From: Candidatus Nomurabacteria bacterium GW2011_GWC2_42_20
GTDB taxonomy: Bacteria; Patescibacteriota; Minisyncoccia; Phycocordibacterales; UBA1550
NCBI GenBank assembly: GCA_000998425.1
Contig: LCDG01000003.1
Span: 1,619 to 65,618, forward strand
Length of the DNA stretch: 64,000 bases
Reading direction: 5' to 3'
Position 1 is the first letter of the stretch, and the number at the start of each line of letters is the position of its first letter. The notes below the pieces were generated by a model. That model was not told where the DNA came from and made no database searches. It saw nothing but the letters and a program-made list of their open reading frames with translations. Of this stretch, positions 31,475 through 41,497 are shown piece after piece. Position numbers and translations under genes: made by a program.

Positions 31475-32194
31475 ATGGAACCTATTGAATTCCCAGTTCG
31501 TCTCAACCGCTATCTTGCTCACAAGGGTTACTCCACGCGCCGTGGCGCCGATGAGCTGATTACCAAAGGTTTGGTAAAAATTAATAATAAGATTGCTGTC
31601 CTAGGCGACAAGGTTGAATCTCCTGATGATATTGTTGAGGTTTCTGCTAAGGTGATTGCAAAAATTGAGGGTTCGTATCGATACCTCGCGTATTACAAGC
31701 CGAGAGGCATTTCCACGGACACACAGACAGAAGGTGAAAGCATTAAGTCGTCGCTCCCAGCACTTCGCGGACTATTCCCTCTTGGCCGTTTGGACAAGGA
31801 CTCAGAGGGACTCGTCATACTGACCAACGATGGTCGCCTGACTGATCGCGTCCTTTCACCAGACCGTGTGCACGAGAAGGAATATTTAGTAAAAGTAGAT
31901 AAAAAAATAACCGACACATTTATCCGCCATTTAGAGCGTGGCGTTTTGATAGAAACCTACAAGACCAAACCCTCAAAGGCTCGTCGCGCAGGAGAGACAC
32001 TCTTTCGAATCGTGCTCACCGAGGGGAAAAAACATCAGATCCGCCGAATGTGCGCAGCCGAAGGCTACCAAGTCCTTGAGCTCAAACGATTACGTATTAT
32101 GAACATAAAACTCGGAGACCTCAAAGAAGGCGCGTATCGAGACATCACAGGTGAAGAACTAGCTGAACTAAAGAAAAGTATAGGATTACAATAA
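31475..32194 (+). CDS. rRNA pseudouridine synthase (RsuA/RluB/RluF family)
   Basis: S4 domain (RLNRYLA..G..TRR.AD), GRLDKDSEGL, EGKKHQIRRM. Confidence 0.93.
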   Translation: MEPIEFPVRLNRYLAHKGYSTRRGADELITKGLVKINNKIAVLGDKVESPDDIVEVSAKVIAKIEGSYRYLAYYKPRGISTDTQTEGESIKSSLPALRGLFPLGRLDKDSEGLVILTNDGRLTDRVLSPDRVHEKEYLVKVDKKITDTFIRHLERGVLIETYKTKPSKARRAGETLFRIVLTEGKKHQIRRMCAAEGYQVLELKRLRIMNIKLGDLKEGAYRDITGEELAELKKSIGLQ

Positions 32195-32210
32195 GAGCGG
32201 TATACCCTTA

Positions 32211-32304
32211 TATTATGACGGCGACTCGGACGCTGTGTGTATGAGAGCACTCATCAGCACGATTCTCAATGGCATATTGACCTACTGGGTCGCTTGTCAT
32301 AATA
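32211..32304 (+). ncRNA. Candidate structured RNA (three-way junction) downstream of pseudouridine synthase
   Basis: ~19-bp closing helix with three G-U pairs on + strand enclosing two hairpins; separate terminator follows. Confidence 0.5.
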
Positions 32305-32305
32305 A

Positions 32306-32339
32306 AAAAAACACGTAATTTGTAAATTACGTGTTTTTT
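32306..32339. terminator. Bidirectional terminator
   Basis: AAAAACACGTAATTT-GT-AAATTACGTGTTTTT. Confidence 0.75.
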
Positions 32340-32682
32340 ATAAATAGCTCCAAAAAATTATTGCTCCAATCACAGCTGAGACAAAACACACAATAAGAAC
32401 AAACCCTCCCATGATGTCTTTTACCTTACCGATTACAGGGTCGATGTTTGGCTCAACCTTGTTGCATAGGTCCTCGACTGCCGTGTTTAATATCTCAGCT
32501 GAGAGAACTGCACCGACACACCCGACGATAATCATCATGTCTCGCATTAAAAAATTCAGATAGTATGCTGAACACAAAACAATAACAGCAATAACTACCT
32601 CAATTCGAAAGTTTATCTCTTCACGCCACACCACACGTATGCCGTTTATTGCCCAACCAAAGCTCTTAGGTATTTTATCCAT
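32338..32682 (-). CDS. dgkA: Diacylglycerol/undecaprenol kinase (DgkA family)
   Basis: SF.WA..G....WREE.NFR, E.LNTAVE, KVKD; start at MDKIPK (32682). Confidence 0.88.
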   Translation of the reverse strand: MDKIPKSFGWAINGIRVVWREEINFRIEVVIAVIVLCSAYYLNFLMRDMMIIVGCVGAVLSAEILNTAVEDLCNKVEPNIDPVIGKVKDIMGGFVLIVCFVSAVIGAIIFWSYL

Positions 32683-32708
32683 ATTCAATTGATTATAACA
32701 AATATCAT

Positions 32709-33110
32709 TTAAAATTCCTGGTGCTGACCTTGCTTTGCCTCCCATTCTGCCACCATGCTTTCGCCCATTCCAAGATAATGCGCGACTTCATGAAGAACGG
32801 TTTCGCGGACAACCGTGCGGACGAGTTTTGTGTCTCCTGATGCAGCCCTCTCGGTTGGGCCCTGGTAGATTGTTATCACATCCGGAAGCGTCATGCCTAC
32901 GCCATAGTTATCTCCGCGCGCTGTAAGCGGAATGCCTTTGTACAATCCTAGGAGATCCTGCTCTTTTGTTAAATGGTTCTCGCCACGCACATCTATAGAC
33001 ACTTCATACTCAACAACAAAGACAACGTTTTTAATTTTATTGCGAAAGTGTAGTGGGATTTTTTCAACCTCGTCGATGACAATTTGTTCGAATTCTCCGC
33101 GTGGTATCAT
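32709..33110 (-). CDS. Zincin-like metallopeptidase (minimal MMP-like)
   Basis: LLGLY.G.PL..R, PDVITIYQ.P, HEVAHYLG. Confidence 0.85.
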   Translation of the reverse strand: MIPRGEFEQIVIDEVEKIPLHFRNKIKNVVFVVEYEVSIDVRGENHLTKEQDLLGLYKGIPLTARGDNYGVGMTLPDVITIYQGPTERAASGDTKLVRTVVRETVLHEVAHYLGMGESMVAEWEAKQGQHQEF

Positions 33111-33163
33111 TATCAGGAAAGTATATCATCACTTTTGTGTATCAGGAAACAGTGTACTATTTC

Positions 33164-34003
33164 TTATAAATTGTTACGGAAAAAATCATTAATCCTTTTT
33201 TTGTACGTTTCCTCAAATACGCCGTGAGTAAGATTTTCTTGAAACCAAAATTCTGCACGTGAGTTCCCTCTCAGTGCTTCCTGAAGCAGGAGAGCATTCT
33301 TGAATGGAATTACCTCATCGTCTTTTGAGTGAATAATTAGAATGGGGACTTGAATATTTTTTACTGCATCTATTGGTGCTACTTTGTTTATATTGATACC
33401 AATAAACAATTTGGCCCAAAGCTCGGTGAGCCACGCGAGTGGGTAATCAAGGAATGGCAGACGATAAAGTTCCCGAGCCATCAAATCTAGTCGTGCATAC
33501 CCTGCTTCAGAAATAACGGCTTTTATTTCTGGTGTTTGTGATGCCGCCATAAGCGCAACAGCACCACCCATTGAAAAACCAAAAACTCCTATCTCTGTAA
33601 TGCCACGTGATTCCAAATATTTTATTGCCTCAACAAGATCGTCTGTTTCTTTTGCGCCAGCGGTAGAATACGATCCTTCGCTTTGTCCAAAATAACGAAA
33701 ATCAAATAAAAATAAATTATATCTATCATTCAAAAAAGCCAATGAAGGGAGAATGTCCCCTTTGTCGGCAGGATATCCATGAAGAAGCACGATTGTTTTA
33801 GCACCATTCTCTGCTTTCTTACTTGGAATAAACCAGCCCGAGAGTGTAAGCCCATCTTCTGTATTAAAGGTTGTCTCTTCGTATGTGAGACCGATATCAC
33901 TCGGTGTGATCATTGAATGTATTTTGGGTGGTCGAATCGATATAAGAAATCCCCACAATGAAATAACGAGAACGGATGCTAGAATAATGAGAATAATTTT
34001 CAT
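33164..34003 (-). CDS. Alpha/beta hydrolase, membrane-anchored
   Basis: LHGY, FDFR.FG.SEG, GFSMGG, PILIIHS..D, late His. Confidence 0.9.
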   Translation of the reverse strand: MKIILIILASVLVISLWGFLISIRPPKIHSMITPSDIGLTYEETTFNTEDGLTLSGWFIPSKKAENGAKTIVLLHGYPADKGDILPSLAFLNDRYNLFLFDFRYFGQSEGSYSTAGAKETDDLVEAIKYLESRGITEIGVFGFSMGGAVALMAASQTPEIKAVISEAGYARLDLMARELYRLPFLDYPLAWLTELWAKLFIGININKVAPIDAVKNIQVPILIIHSKDDEVIPFKNALLLQEALRGNSRAEFWFQENLTHGVFEETYKKRINDFFRNNL

Positions 34004-36717
34004 TGTGGTATTTCCTTATGGCGCGTCACATCAATATACATTCTGTAGAAAAACTTTCGTATTTCCTCAGCAACAATAATAGACGATGCGATAACAAATA
34101 TTGCACCCCATTCTGGAATAGAGAGTGGCGTTGTGTGCAAAATCTTTTGACCAAAGCTAGTGTATAGTGCAAATATTTGGAGCAAAATAACAATTGTAAG
34201 CGCCCCAAGTAGATAAATATTTGAGAATGGATTCATTTGAAAAATTGATAATTTGTGCGATCGACAATTCAGCGCATTCATCCATTGAAATACTGCGAGG
34301 AGTGTAAGAGATATTGTCCACGCTTTCATCGGATCTCCAAATGCATAATTCCCAAAGAGATACACTGTTCCTATTGCCATCACACTTGCCATAATAATGA
34401 TACGAGCTGTCATAAGCCGATCTACAAGCCTCCGAGAATCTCTAGATCGCTTTTCTAGTAGTAACTCTTTATCTTTTGGCTCCATAGCAAGTGAAACATC
34501 AAGAAACCCGTCGGTCACAAAATTTAGCCAAATAATTTGCGCAGGCAGTATAGGCACCATATATCCCATAACTATGGCACCAGCAATCGTCAGAACCTCT
34601 CCTGCGCCTGTTGAAAATAGATATAAAATAACCCTTTTAATAGTTTTATATATACTTCTTCCCTCCTCGATTGCTGAAATAATACTATTCATATTATCAT
34701 CAAGAAGCACAATGTCTGACGCTGATTTTGCGACCTCTGTACCAATCACACCCATTGAGACGCCAAGATCAGCCGCAGTTAGCGAAGGAGCGTCATTTAC
34801 GCCATCGCCAGTCATTGCAATGGTATTCCCATTAGCCTTAAATGCGCGAATAATGCGAAGCTTATGTTCGGGGGTGACGCGAGCAAACACAGATACAGTT
34901 GCTATAACATCAGCAAGCTCAATGTCAGACAATAGATCCATTTCCCTTCCTGTTAAAATTTTGTCTCCTTCATGGAAAATCCCAGCATCAACTGCTATAG
35001 AGTGCGCAGTGATACGATGATCCCCAGTAATCATTACTGTGCGAACACCTGCCCGAGCGGCATGCAATATTGTAGAGGCAGCCTCAATGCGAAGCGCATC
35101 GTGCATGCCAAGAAAACCCACAAACGTCGCGCATGGAGGATTGCCAGCACTAGGTAATTCATTTACTCCAATAAGTGTGGCCAACGCAATAACCCGAAGC
35201 CCCTCCTTAGACATTCCAATCATCACGGATTCAATCTGCTGGCGCATCTCAGCATCAAGCCTGATACTATTGCCATCACGCCATACTGTGTCACAAAAAT
35301 CCAACACTATCTCAGGCGCGCCAGAAAGCGATAGAGTGCTTGTATCACCAGTTTTATTCAGCACAGCATGATATTTTAAATTGTAATCAAATGGCAACTC
35401 TGCAATGACAGGTGATTCATTCTCAAGAATATCCTTATGAAACCCAAGCTTTTGTGAAAGAACAAGCATGGCTGCTTCTGTCGGATCCCCAGAAATGTTC
35501 CATCGTTTATCTTCTTCATTAAAGAAGACGTGTGCATTTGCGCACAAAGAGGATATTTTACCAACAGCTAGCAGATCTTGATGATTAGCCACCTCGATGC
35601 GAACCCCGTCTAAAATGACATCTCCATGCGATTCGTACCCTACTCCACTTATGTCAAAAAACCTGCTATTTGTATAAATTTTTTGAACCACCATTTCATT
35701 TTTTGTGAGCGTTCCAGTCTTATCTACAGCAAGTATATTTATTTGTCCAAGTGCTTCTACTGCCTGCATTCTCTTTACAAGCGCATTTTGTTTACCCATT
35801 CGCCATACACCAGTTGCTAGAACAATAGTTAGAACGATAGGCAGACCCTCAGGAATAACAGATACCGAGAGAGCAACAACAGTTAGAAACATTTCTGTTG
35901 GCGCTCTTCCTGAGATAACCCCAATGACAAAAAGCAATAATGCTACAACTGCCGTAACATATATGATTAGTCTCGCTAAATGATCTATCTCAATTTTAAG
36001 TGGTACATCTGTGCTAATCGCAGAAATCTCTTTTGCGATAACCCCTATTTCAGTATTAATCCCAGTTCCAACAACAATGGCGCGCCCTGAACCTACGGAA
36101 ATATTCGTACCCTTGAAAAGCATGTTGCGTCTATCGGCAACATCTAGACCCTCCCACGTAGGCGTTTCAGATGATTTACGTGTCGGAGTCGACTCCCCAG
36201 TAAGTGTTGCTTCGTCTACTCTTAGGTTCCGCACCGAGATAATACGCGCATCTGCAGGGACCCTCTCCCCTTCTTGCACAATGAGAATATCGCCAGGAAC
36301 AATCTCATTATCTGGAATAATTACTTCTCTTCCATCACGCAAAACAGTTGCTTTAGTTTCTACAAATTTTTGCAGACTAGCGAGCGTATTCTGAGCGCGA
36401 CCTTCCTGAACAGAGCCAATAACTGCATTTATAATCAGCACAGCAAAGATAACCCCAGCGTCAATCGCTTCTCCGAGAATAAGTACTGCTCCACCAGCCG
36501 CAATGAGCACATATATTAGAGGGCTCTGAAATTGCCTCAGAAATACTTTAGCTAAACTATCTGGTTTTGTCTCAGGTAGTTTATTTTCACCGTATTTTTT
36601 AATACGAACCAACACCTCATCACTACTCAATCCATGCTCGTCAGTTTCAAGCAACCTAAAGACGTCTTCAACAGATTGTGTATGCCACACTTGCCGTTTT
36701 TTCAAGGGCTCGCTCAT
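34000..36717 (-). CDS. P-type cation-transporting ATPase (type II)
   Basis: LTGES, IPEGLP, DKTGTLT, MITGDH, MTGDGVNDAP. Confidence 0.95.
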   Translation of the reverse strand: MSEPLKKRQVWHTQSVEDVFRLLETDEHGLSSDEVLVRIKKYGENKLPETKPDSLAKVFLRQFQSPLIYVLIAAGGAVLILGEAIDAGVIFAVLIINAVIGSVQEGRAQNTLASLQKFVETKATVLRDGREVIIPDNEIVPGDILIVQEGERVPADARIISVRNLRVDEATLTGESTPTRKSSETPTWEGLDVADRRNMLFKGTNISVGSGRAIVVGTGINTEIGVIAKEISAISTDVPLKIEIDHLARLIIYVTAVVALLLFVIGVISGRAPTEMFLTVVALSVSVIPEGLPIVLTIVLATGVWRMGKQNALVKRMQAVEALGQINILAVDKTGTLTKNEMVVQKIYTNSRFFDISGVGYESHGDVILDGVRIEVANHQDLLAVGKISSLCANAHVFFNEEDKRWNISGDPTEAAMLVLSQKLGFHKDILENESPVIAELPFDYNLKYHAVLNKTGDTSTLSLSGAPEIVLDFCDTVWRDGNSIRLDAEMRQQIESVMIGMSKEGLRVIALATLIGVNELPSAGNPPCATFVGFLGMHDALRIEAASTILHAARAGVRTVMITGDHRITAHSIAVDAGIFHEGDKILTGREMDLLSDIELADVIATVSVFARVTPEHKLRIIRAFKANGNTIAMTGDGVNDAPSLTAADLGVSMGVIGTEVAKSASDIVLLDDNMNSIISAIEEGRSIYKTIKRVILYLFSTGAGEVLTIAGAIVMGYMVPILPAQIIWLNFVTDGFLDVSLAMEPKDKELLLEKRSRDSRRLVDRLMTARIIIMASVMAIGTVYLFGNYAFGDPMKAWTISLTLLAVFQWMNALNCRSHKLSIFQMNPFSNIYLLGALTIVILLQIFALYTSFGQKILHTTPLSIPEWGAIFVIASSIIVAEEIRKFFYRMYIDVTRHKEIPQ

Positions 36718-36737
36718 TACTATTCATTATAGCAAAT

Positions 36738-37187
36738 TTACTTTTTGATTGTGTTGATTACAAAATCTAAAACTGCCTCACCGTGTCCTTCTGGTTTTAC
36801 ATTTTCCCAAATGTGAACAATGGTCCCTTCTTTGTCTATTAGAAATGTTGTTCTGGCGACACCTGTAAGTGACCATACGCCAAGTGCGTCTAAGAGCTCG
36901 TGCTTTGTATCTGCCCAGAGCGAAAACTGAAGTTCGTGGTGTTCCGCAAATTTTTTGTGAGATTCCTCACTGTCTGGACTAACTCCCACAACTGCAACAC
37001 CAATCTCTTTAAACTTTCCATGTGCGTCGCGGATACTGCACGCCTCCTTCACACATCCTGGAGTTTCGTCCATAGGGTATGCGTATAAAACGACATACGA
37101 ACCCAGAAGGTCACGCAAGGAAACCAACACCCCCTTGTTGTCCAGGACCAAAATATCTATCGGCGCTTTTTCTCCTTTTTTTATCAT
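36738..37187 (-). CDS. bcp: Peroxiredoxin Bcp
   Basis: YP.DETPGCVKEAC, GVSPDS, RTTFLID. Confidence 0.9.
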   Translation of the reverse strand: MIKKGEKAPIDILVLDNKGVLVSLRDLLGSYVVLYAYPMDETPGCVKEACSIRDAHGKFKEIGVAVVGVSPDSEESHKKFAEHHELQFSLWADTKHELLDALGVWSLTGVARTTFLIDKEGTIVHIWENVKPEGHGEAVLDFVINTIKK

Positions 37188-37240
37188 CTGTTAAGTATAC
37201 CACCAAAAAAAGAATACGACACAACCTATATATAATAAAT

Positions 37241-37495
37241 CTATGTAGGTTGTGAATTTATGAAATCCGTCTTTTCCACCCTGCTCCACCTTTTGAACTC
37301 CGCTTCACGGGCGCGCGCGACGCCAAAGCCTTGAACCTCTTCTGAATATCTCAAAACAACGGGTCTGCGAATTTTTGTATAATGCGCGCCACTTTTTAGA
37401 TTATTGTGGGAATGCAGCCTCTTTTCAAGATTACTAGTGCTCCCCACATAAAATGTCCCATCGGCACATTCAAGGATATATACAAAGTGCGACAT
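37241..37495 (-). CDS. GIY-YIG nuclease (UPF0213-like)
   Basis: [19 protein letters not shown]...HN...GA.YT..RRPV. Confidence 0.9.
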   Translation of the reverse strand: MSHFVYILECADGTFYVGSTSNLEKRLHSHNNLKSGAHYTKIRRPVVLRYSEEVQGFGVARAREAEFKRWSRVEKTDFINSQPT

Positions 37496-37508
37496 TGGTG
37501 TACAGCTT

Positions 37509-37922
37509 TTATTTTAGACCGTGCTCATGAAAACATTCAACATACTTGCGGTCTTCTCCTAAAATATGCCCTGTCCACCAACTCCCTAGGTAATCCATTA
37601 AATCAAACGGTAACGTGTTTGACTCGTTTGATTCATATGATTTTGAAAATTGAGCTATTTTTTCTTTATATGCATCGTGTGACTTTGTGTGCGGGACCTT
37701 GTCTACGTAATTAAATTCCTCAAAGTGTTTTTCTTCTGTGGAAAAATGGTAATCTGCGTAATCAGTGAGTTCTTTGAGGATCGTTTGCATTTCTTCCTTT
37801 TCTGTAGATGCCCGCATTGCATTATAAAGCTTATTTATAATGCCAATTAATTTTTGATGCTGTGGATCAATTTCTGAAATACCAAGATTATAAGACTCTC
37901 TCCATGCAATCAAATCGTTCAT
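37509..37922 (-). CDS. Bacteriohemerythrin
   Basis: W...Y.LG..EID.QH..L, HFSTEE, H...H, W...HI..ED.KY. Confidence 0.92.
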   Translation of the reverse strand: MNDLIAWRESYNLGISEIDPQHQKLIGIINKLYNAMRASTEKEEMQTILKELTDYADYHFSTEEKHFEEFNYVDKVPHTKSHDAYKEKIAQFSKSYESNESNTLPFDLMDYLGSWWTGHILGEDRKYVECFHEHGLK

Positions 37923-37983
37923 TTTATTTATTATTTATTATTTAGAACAATTGTATCACATCATTTACATAAACAAAGCTTGT

Positions 37984-39483
37984 TCAGTTCATTTCCTTGT
38001 AGAGCTTTTCCCAAATAGCGTACATGGCATACGTATCTAGTCCGCAATAAACCTTTAAATCATTTGCAATCTCCGCACTCCGCTCTAGGCTTGTTCCAGA
38101 CGCAAGCATTTCCCACCATGCATTTGACGCCTGACCACCCTCCTTTATGCCGAGATCCTTATACGAAAGCTCTGGCACAAGAGCTGGTAAAACTTTTTTT
38201 ATTGACGTGCTTCCGCGAAATTCGGGGTGTACAAAATGCTGTTTTTTGAACACATCCATCAGATCATAGAGCATACTGTTCACACGCTCCATCGTAGCCT
38301 TGTGCTGTGGCATACGCAATGCAAGCTCTCTGTTCACACCGGCTTCAAACGATTTATTCCATGCAATGACTGTCCCCACTACGCCGATATGTTCTTCTAA
38401 GAGTTGCGCGACACGTTCCGACGGATCGCTCATTTCCTCGTGCAAATATTCCACGTGTTTCATTTCTGCCCCTGACTTCTCTAGAATATGAAGGGAGAAT
38501 TGGAATGGGATTCTTTGATACGGACTGTAGCCGTCAAAAGCAGGTATCGCAGGTGCGTAAGTTTCATAATCAAAAAAATAAAGTGGAAATTTGAGATCCT
38601 TCAATTCTTCGCTAATGCCGTTGCTGTCTATAATAGACTTCCCTTTTCGATGTACGGCAATTTGGTTTATCTGAATATCTGAAAACTCCATATCCTCTGG
38701 GACATTTTCAATATCAAAAATTCTTGAATCAATCAACGTTTCCAGTTTTCGCTTACTGCTACCAATACGTGAAATGTCATGCACTGAATAGTCAGGGACC
38801 TCTGGGTTTGAATATTTAAATGTGGTGCAGTGCTTACTTCTACCATTATAGATACACTCGCAGCCACCAACTGGTTCCTTCTTGCATGTTAAATACTCCT
38901 TCGCGGTTTTCATTTGCTCTTCAACGATTGGAAGCCCTGCAAGAACTTTTTCTGTCTGCTCCTCAATTAAAAATAATTCAGGGATATTAAGCGCGCCAAA
39001 ACGCACGTAGTCCTTGTTCAGATGCACTAGAAAATATCGTCCAACAGGAACATCTGCGCGACTAAGCACAGACGCCTGAAATGTAAGATCATCGATATGG
39101 TTGTGGTCAGTCCCGCCCTCTTTGAGCGAGTTTGTGCCCTTTATTTCGTACAAATCCCAACAACCATTTTTTTCATCCCACACGAGCGCGTCGTTACGTG
39201 CAATAAATCCGTCTACAATAAACGTGGCCTGAAAAATGGCTGGAACTTTCGATGCCATAAAGCGCGCTGTTTCCTCTACGGCGCTTTCACCGGTCTCTAC
39301 AACCTCTATCCCACCAGGAAAAAGATTTCTGGCGTATGATTCCACCTCGTTCCCCTGCTCCATCAAATTCTGCTCAAATGCAGACATTTCAAATTTTTCA
39401 AAAAGCTCTGGCTTATGTAATTTTAGCCAGGTATTTTTCGGACAAAAAACATAGTCAAGAAATGTAGTTTTAGATATTATCAT
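37984..39483 (-). CDS. DUF2779-type protein (RecB/Cas4-like N-term, RNase-H-like C-term)
   Basis: ISKT.F..Y..CPK..WL, D.L......W.LYEIK, YFFDYET, PYQ.IPFQFSLH, GSTSIKKVLP, YC.LDT. Confidence 0.75.
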   Translation of the reverse strand: MIISKTTFLDYVFCPKNTWLKLHKPELFEKFEMSAFEQNLMEQGNEVESYARNLFPGGIEVVETGESAVEETARFMASKVPAIFQATFIVDGFIARNDALVWDEKNGCWDLYEIKGTNSLKEGGTDHNHIDDLTFQASVLSRADVPVGRYFLVHLNKDYVRFGALNIPELFLIEEQTEKVLAGLPIVEEQMKTAKEYLTCKKEPVGGCECIYNGRSKHCTTFKYSNPEVPDYSVHDISRIGSSKRKLETLIDSRIFDIENVPEDMEFSDIQINQIAVHRKGKSIIDSNGISEELKDLKFPLYFFDYETYAPAIPAFDGYSPYQRIPFQFSLHILEKSGAEMKHVEYLHEEMSDPSERVAQLLEEHIGVVGTVIAWNKSFEAGVNRELALRMPQHKATMERVNSMLYDLMDVFKKQHFVHPEFRGSTSIKKVLPALVPELSYKDLGIKEGGQASNAWWEMLASGTSLERSAEIANDLKVYCGLDTYAMYAIWEKLYKEMN

Positions 39484-39528
39484 TTCCTCATTCTATCATA
39501 AACAAAAAAACACTCTATTGAGTGCTCT

Positions 39529-39756
39529 TTATTCAGAATTTCTGGGAAGCCAGTCCATTAGCTTTTTGCGATGCTGATCGAGGGACCAAAGGTCGCCATG
39601 TGTAAAGAGAGCAGTGTGCGCATCTCTAAATTTTTGCAGAAGCGCTGATGTGGCTTTGGGCCAACCAGCTGGCATATTTTTATTATAAGACTCAAGAAAT
39701 TCTGATACAGATATCAAAACAGGGGCTTCCTTCATGTTTTTCTTTTGTCCGAGCAT
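39529..39756 (-). CDS. Small hypothetical protein
   Basis: 75-aa ORF with TATTAT 6 nt upstream of ATG. Confidence 0.7.
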   Translation of the reverse strand: MLGQKKNMKEAPVLISVSEFLESYNKNMPAGWPKATSALLQKFRDAHTALFTHGDLWSLDQHRKKLMDWLPRNSE

Positions 39757-39793
39757 CTATTCATAATACCACAAAAAATCCTTAAAAACAAGC

Positions 39794-40597
39794 TTAAAAT
39801 AGATTTCGCAAAAGGCTCACAATTGTAATCGGCCCAACACCCCCCGGAACTGGGGTTATAAACGAAGCCTTACTCTCGCAAGCTGGGTCAATGTCACCAA
39901 CGAGTTTTCCTGCTTGCTCGCTTGTGCCTGCGTCTATTAAGACCACGCCATCTTTTATCATCTCTGGTTTGATGTCATGAGGGACGCCAATCCCAGAAAT
40001 AATAATGTCCGCGTTTTTATACAAAGCAAGTTTTCCTTTTTCACTTGTTTTTATATCAACAACATCATGCGGAACCTTCATTCGCTTAAGCATCAAATGC
40101 ACGGGCTCGCCAACAAGTCGCCCCTGCCCAACCACAACAATTTTCTTGCCTAAGAGTTTAATATTGCATGACTCTAGTATCTCGCGTACAGCCTGCGCGA
40201 CGGGTGGAGTCCTGTCTATTTCTCCTTTTGCATAGCTTTCTTTTGCAATCGTTCCAAGAACGTCAATATCCTTGTGTGGCGGGACTACGTCAAGCACAGT
40301 TTGCGTGTCTATCCCTGCTGTAAAAGGAAGCTGTGCGACTATTCCATCATAATCCTTTTCTCCGAGCTCGCGCACAATTTCTACAGCATCCTCTGTATTT
40401 TTAGTGTCTGGATATTTTTTAACATCTACTGCAACTCCCACACGCTCCGCGACGCGTGACTTCATTTTTACAAATTGCTCTGTCGCGCCATTGCCTCCAA
40501 ACACTACAAAGCAAACCTTTTTAGGTACAGAAAACAACAGCTCTGTGGACAGCTTTTCTTCCAACGATTTTGCGATTTTGTTACCATCAACAAGCAT
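39794..40597 (-). CDS. folD: Methylenetetrahydrofolate dehydrogenase/cyclohydrolase
   Basis: VDG..IA, G...QLP, KDID, G.LVG.P, ITPVPGGVGP.T. Confidence 0.92.
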   Translation of the reverse strand: MLVDGNKIAKSLEEKLSTELLFSVPKKVCFVVFGGNGATEQFVKMKSRVAERVGVAVDVKKYPDTKNTEDAVEIVRELGEKDYDGIVAQLPFTAGIDTQTVLDVVPPHKDIDVLGTIAKESYAKGEIDRTPPVAQAVREILESCNIKLLGKKIVVVGQGRLVGEPVHLMLKRMKVPHDVVDIKTSEKGKLALYKNADIIISGIGVPHDIKPEMIKDGVVLIDAGTSEQAGKLVGDIDPACESKASFITPVPGGVGPITIVSLLRNLF

Positions 40598-40604
40598 TAT
40601 TATT

Positions 40605-40991
40605 TTACTCTGTTGTCACTCCGTCAAAATGTTCCTCTTGCTCATCTGACTTGGTTTGGTGTATCGTACCGTCTTTGTGCTCAGCTGGTGAGTAAATACT
40701 ATAGAGCTTGAGATGTGTGCCGCCAGTGTTAATAACATTATGTTTTGTCCCCTGCGGAATCACCACCGCAAATCCATCAGAAACATTATGCTCTACTCCA
40801 TCAAGAATTACTTTGCCCTCCCCTTTTTCAAAACGTAGGAACTGATCTAGGTGGTGTGTTTCCTCTCCAATCTCATCTCCAGGCGCAATACTCATCAGCA
40901 CAAGCTGACTGTTTTTTGCCGTATGGAGCACTCGACGATAATCAGTGTTCTCCAGAGTCGCCTTTTCAATATTTGTAATATATCCTTTCAT
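40605..40991 (-). CDS. Cupin domain protein
   Basis: QLVLMS...G.EIGEE.H..DQF, GTKHNVIN, LKLYSIYSP.EH. Confidence 0.9.
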   Translation of the reverse strand: MKGYITNIEKATLENTDYRRVLHTAKNSQLVLMSIAPGDEIGEETHHLDQFLRFEKGEGKVILDGVEHNVSDGFAVVIPQGTKHNVINTGGTHLKLYSIYSPAEHKDGTIHQTKSDEQEEHFDGVTTE

Positions 40992-41025
40992 ATCAAAATT
41001 GTACCATATTTATATTACAAGAAAA

Positions 41026-41051
41026 AAGACGGTTCCTTAAGGAACCGTCTT
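41026..41051. terminator. Palindromic terminator after the 41072 ORF
   Basis: AAGACGGTTCCTT/AAGGAACCGTCTT with A-run on left. Confidence 0.75.
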
Positions 41052-41071
41052 GGTTTTACTGCACGCTGTGC

Positions 41072-41371
41072 TTAGTGCCCTGGAGCCTTGACGTCGTAGC
41101 CAATGCCGGCCAGGATTTGGACCGCCGCGACTTCGAACTCGCCCATTGTGGTCGAGAACGTCGGACCGCCGCTACCGTTTTGGATCAGGATGGTGTCGTC
41201 GATTTTCGTCGTCTTCAGGCTATTGACCTTTTGGCCATTTGCCGTCACACCATGGTGATGGTCCCACTTGTTGTCGGGGATATCCTGCGGGTTAACGCGG
41301 GCCATGAGGCCACCCTTGAGAATGACCGGAACGGTTTGGGTACGTTTGTTTCCCTGAATTGCAGTTTTCAT
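41072..41371 (-). CDS. GC-rich hypothetical protein (accessory cassette)
   Basis: TAAGGAG SD, TTGACA-16-TACTAT promoter, terminator; visibly GC-rich third codon positions. Confidence 0.7.
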   Translation of the reverse strand: MKTAIQGNKRTQTVPVILKGGLMARVNPQDIPDNKWDHHHGVTANGQKVNSLKTTKIDDTILIQNGSGGPTFSTTMGEFEVAAVQILAGIGYDVKAPGH

Positions 41372-41497
41372 AAAAACTCCTTATTGGTTGAAAGAACATT
41401 CACTTATGCCACACGACAAAAATGAAATCGACCCAGAAAAGGTCGATTCGGATATAGTACACTATTCACAAAAAATGTCAAATTTTCCTACAAGTGT

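Noticed and set aside
32235-32260. Minus-strand CTGATGAG suggesting a hammerhead ribozyme
   Set aside because: The required GAAA after stem II is absent, and G-U pairing favours the + strand.
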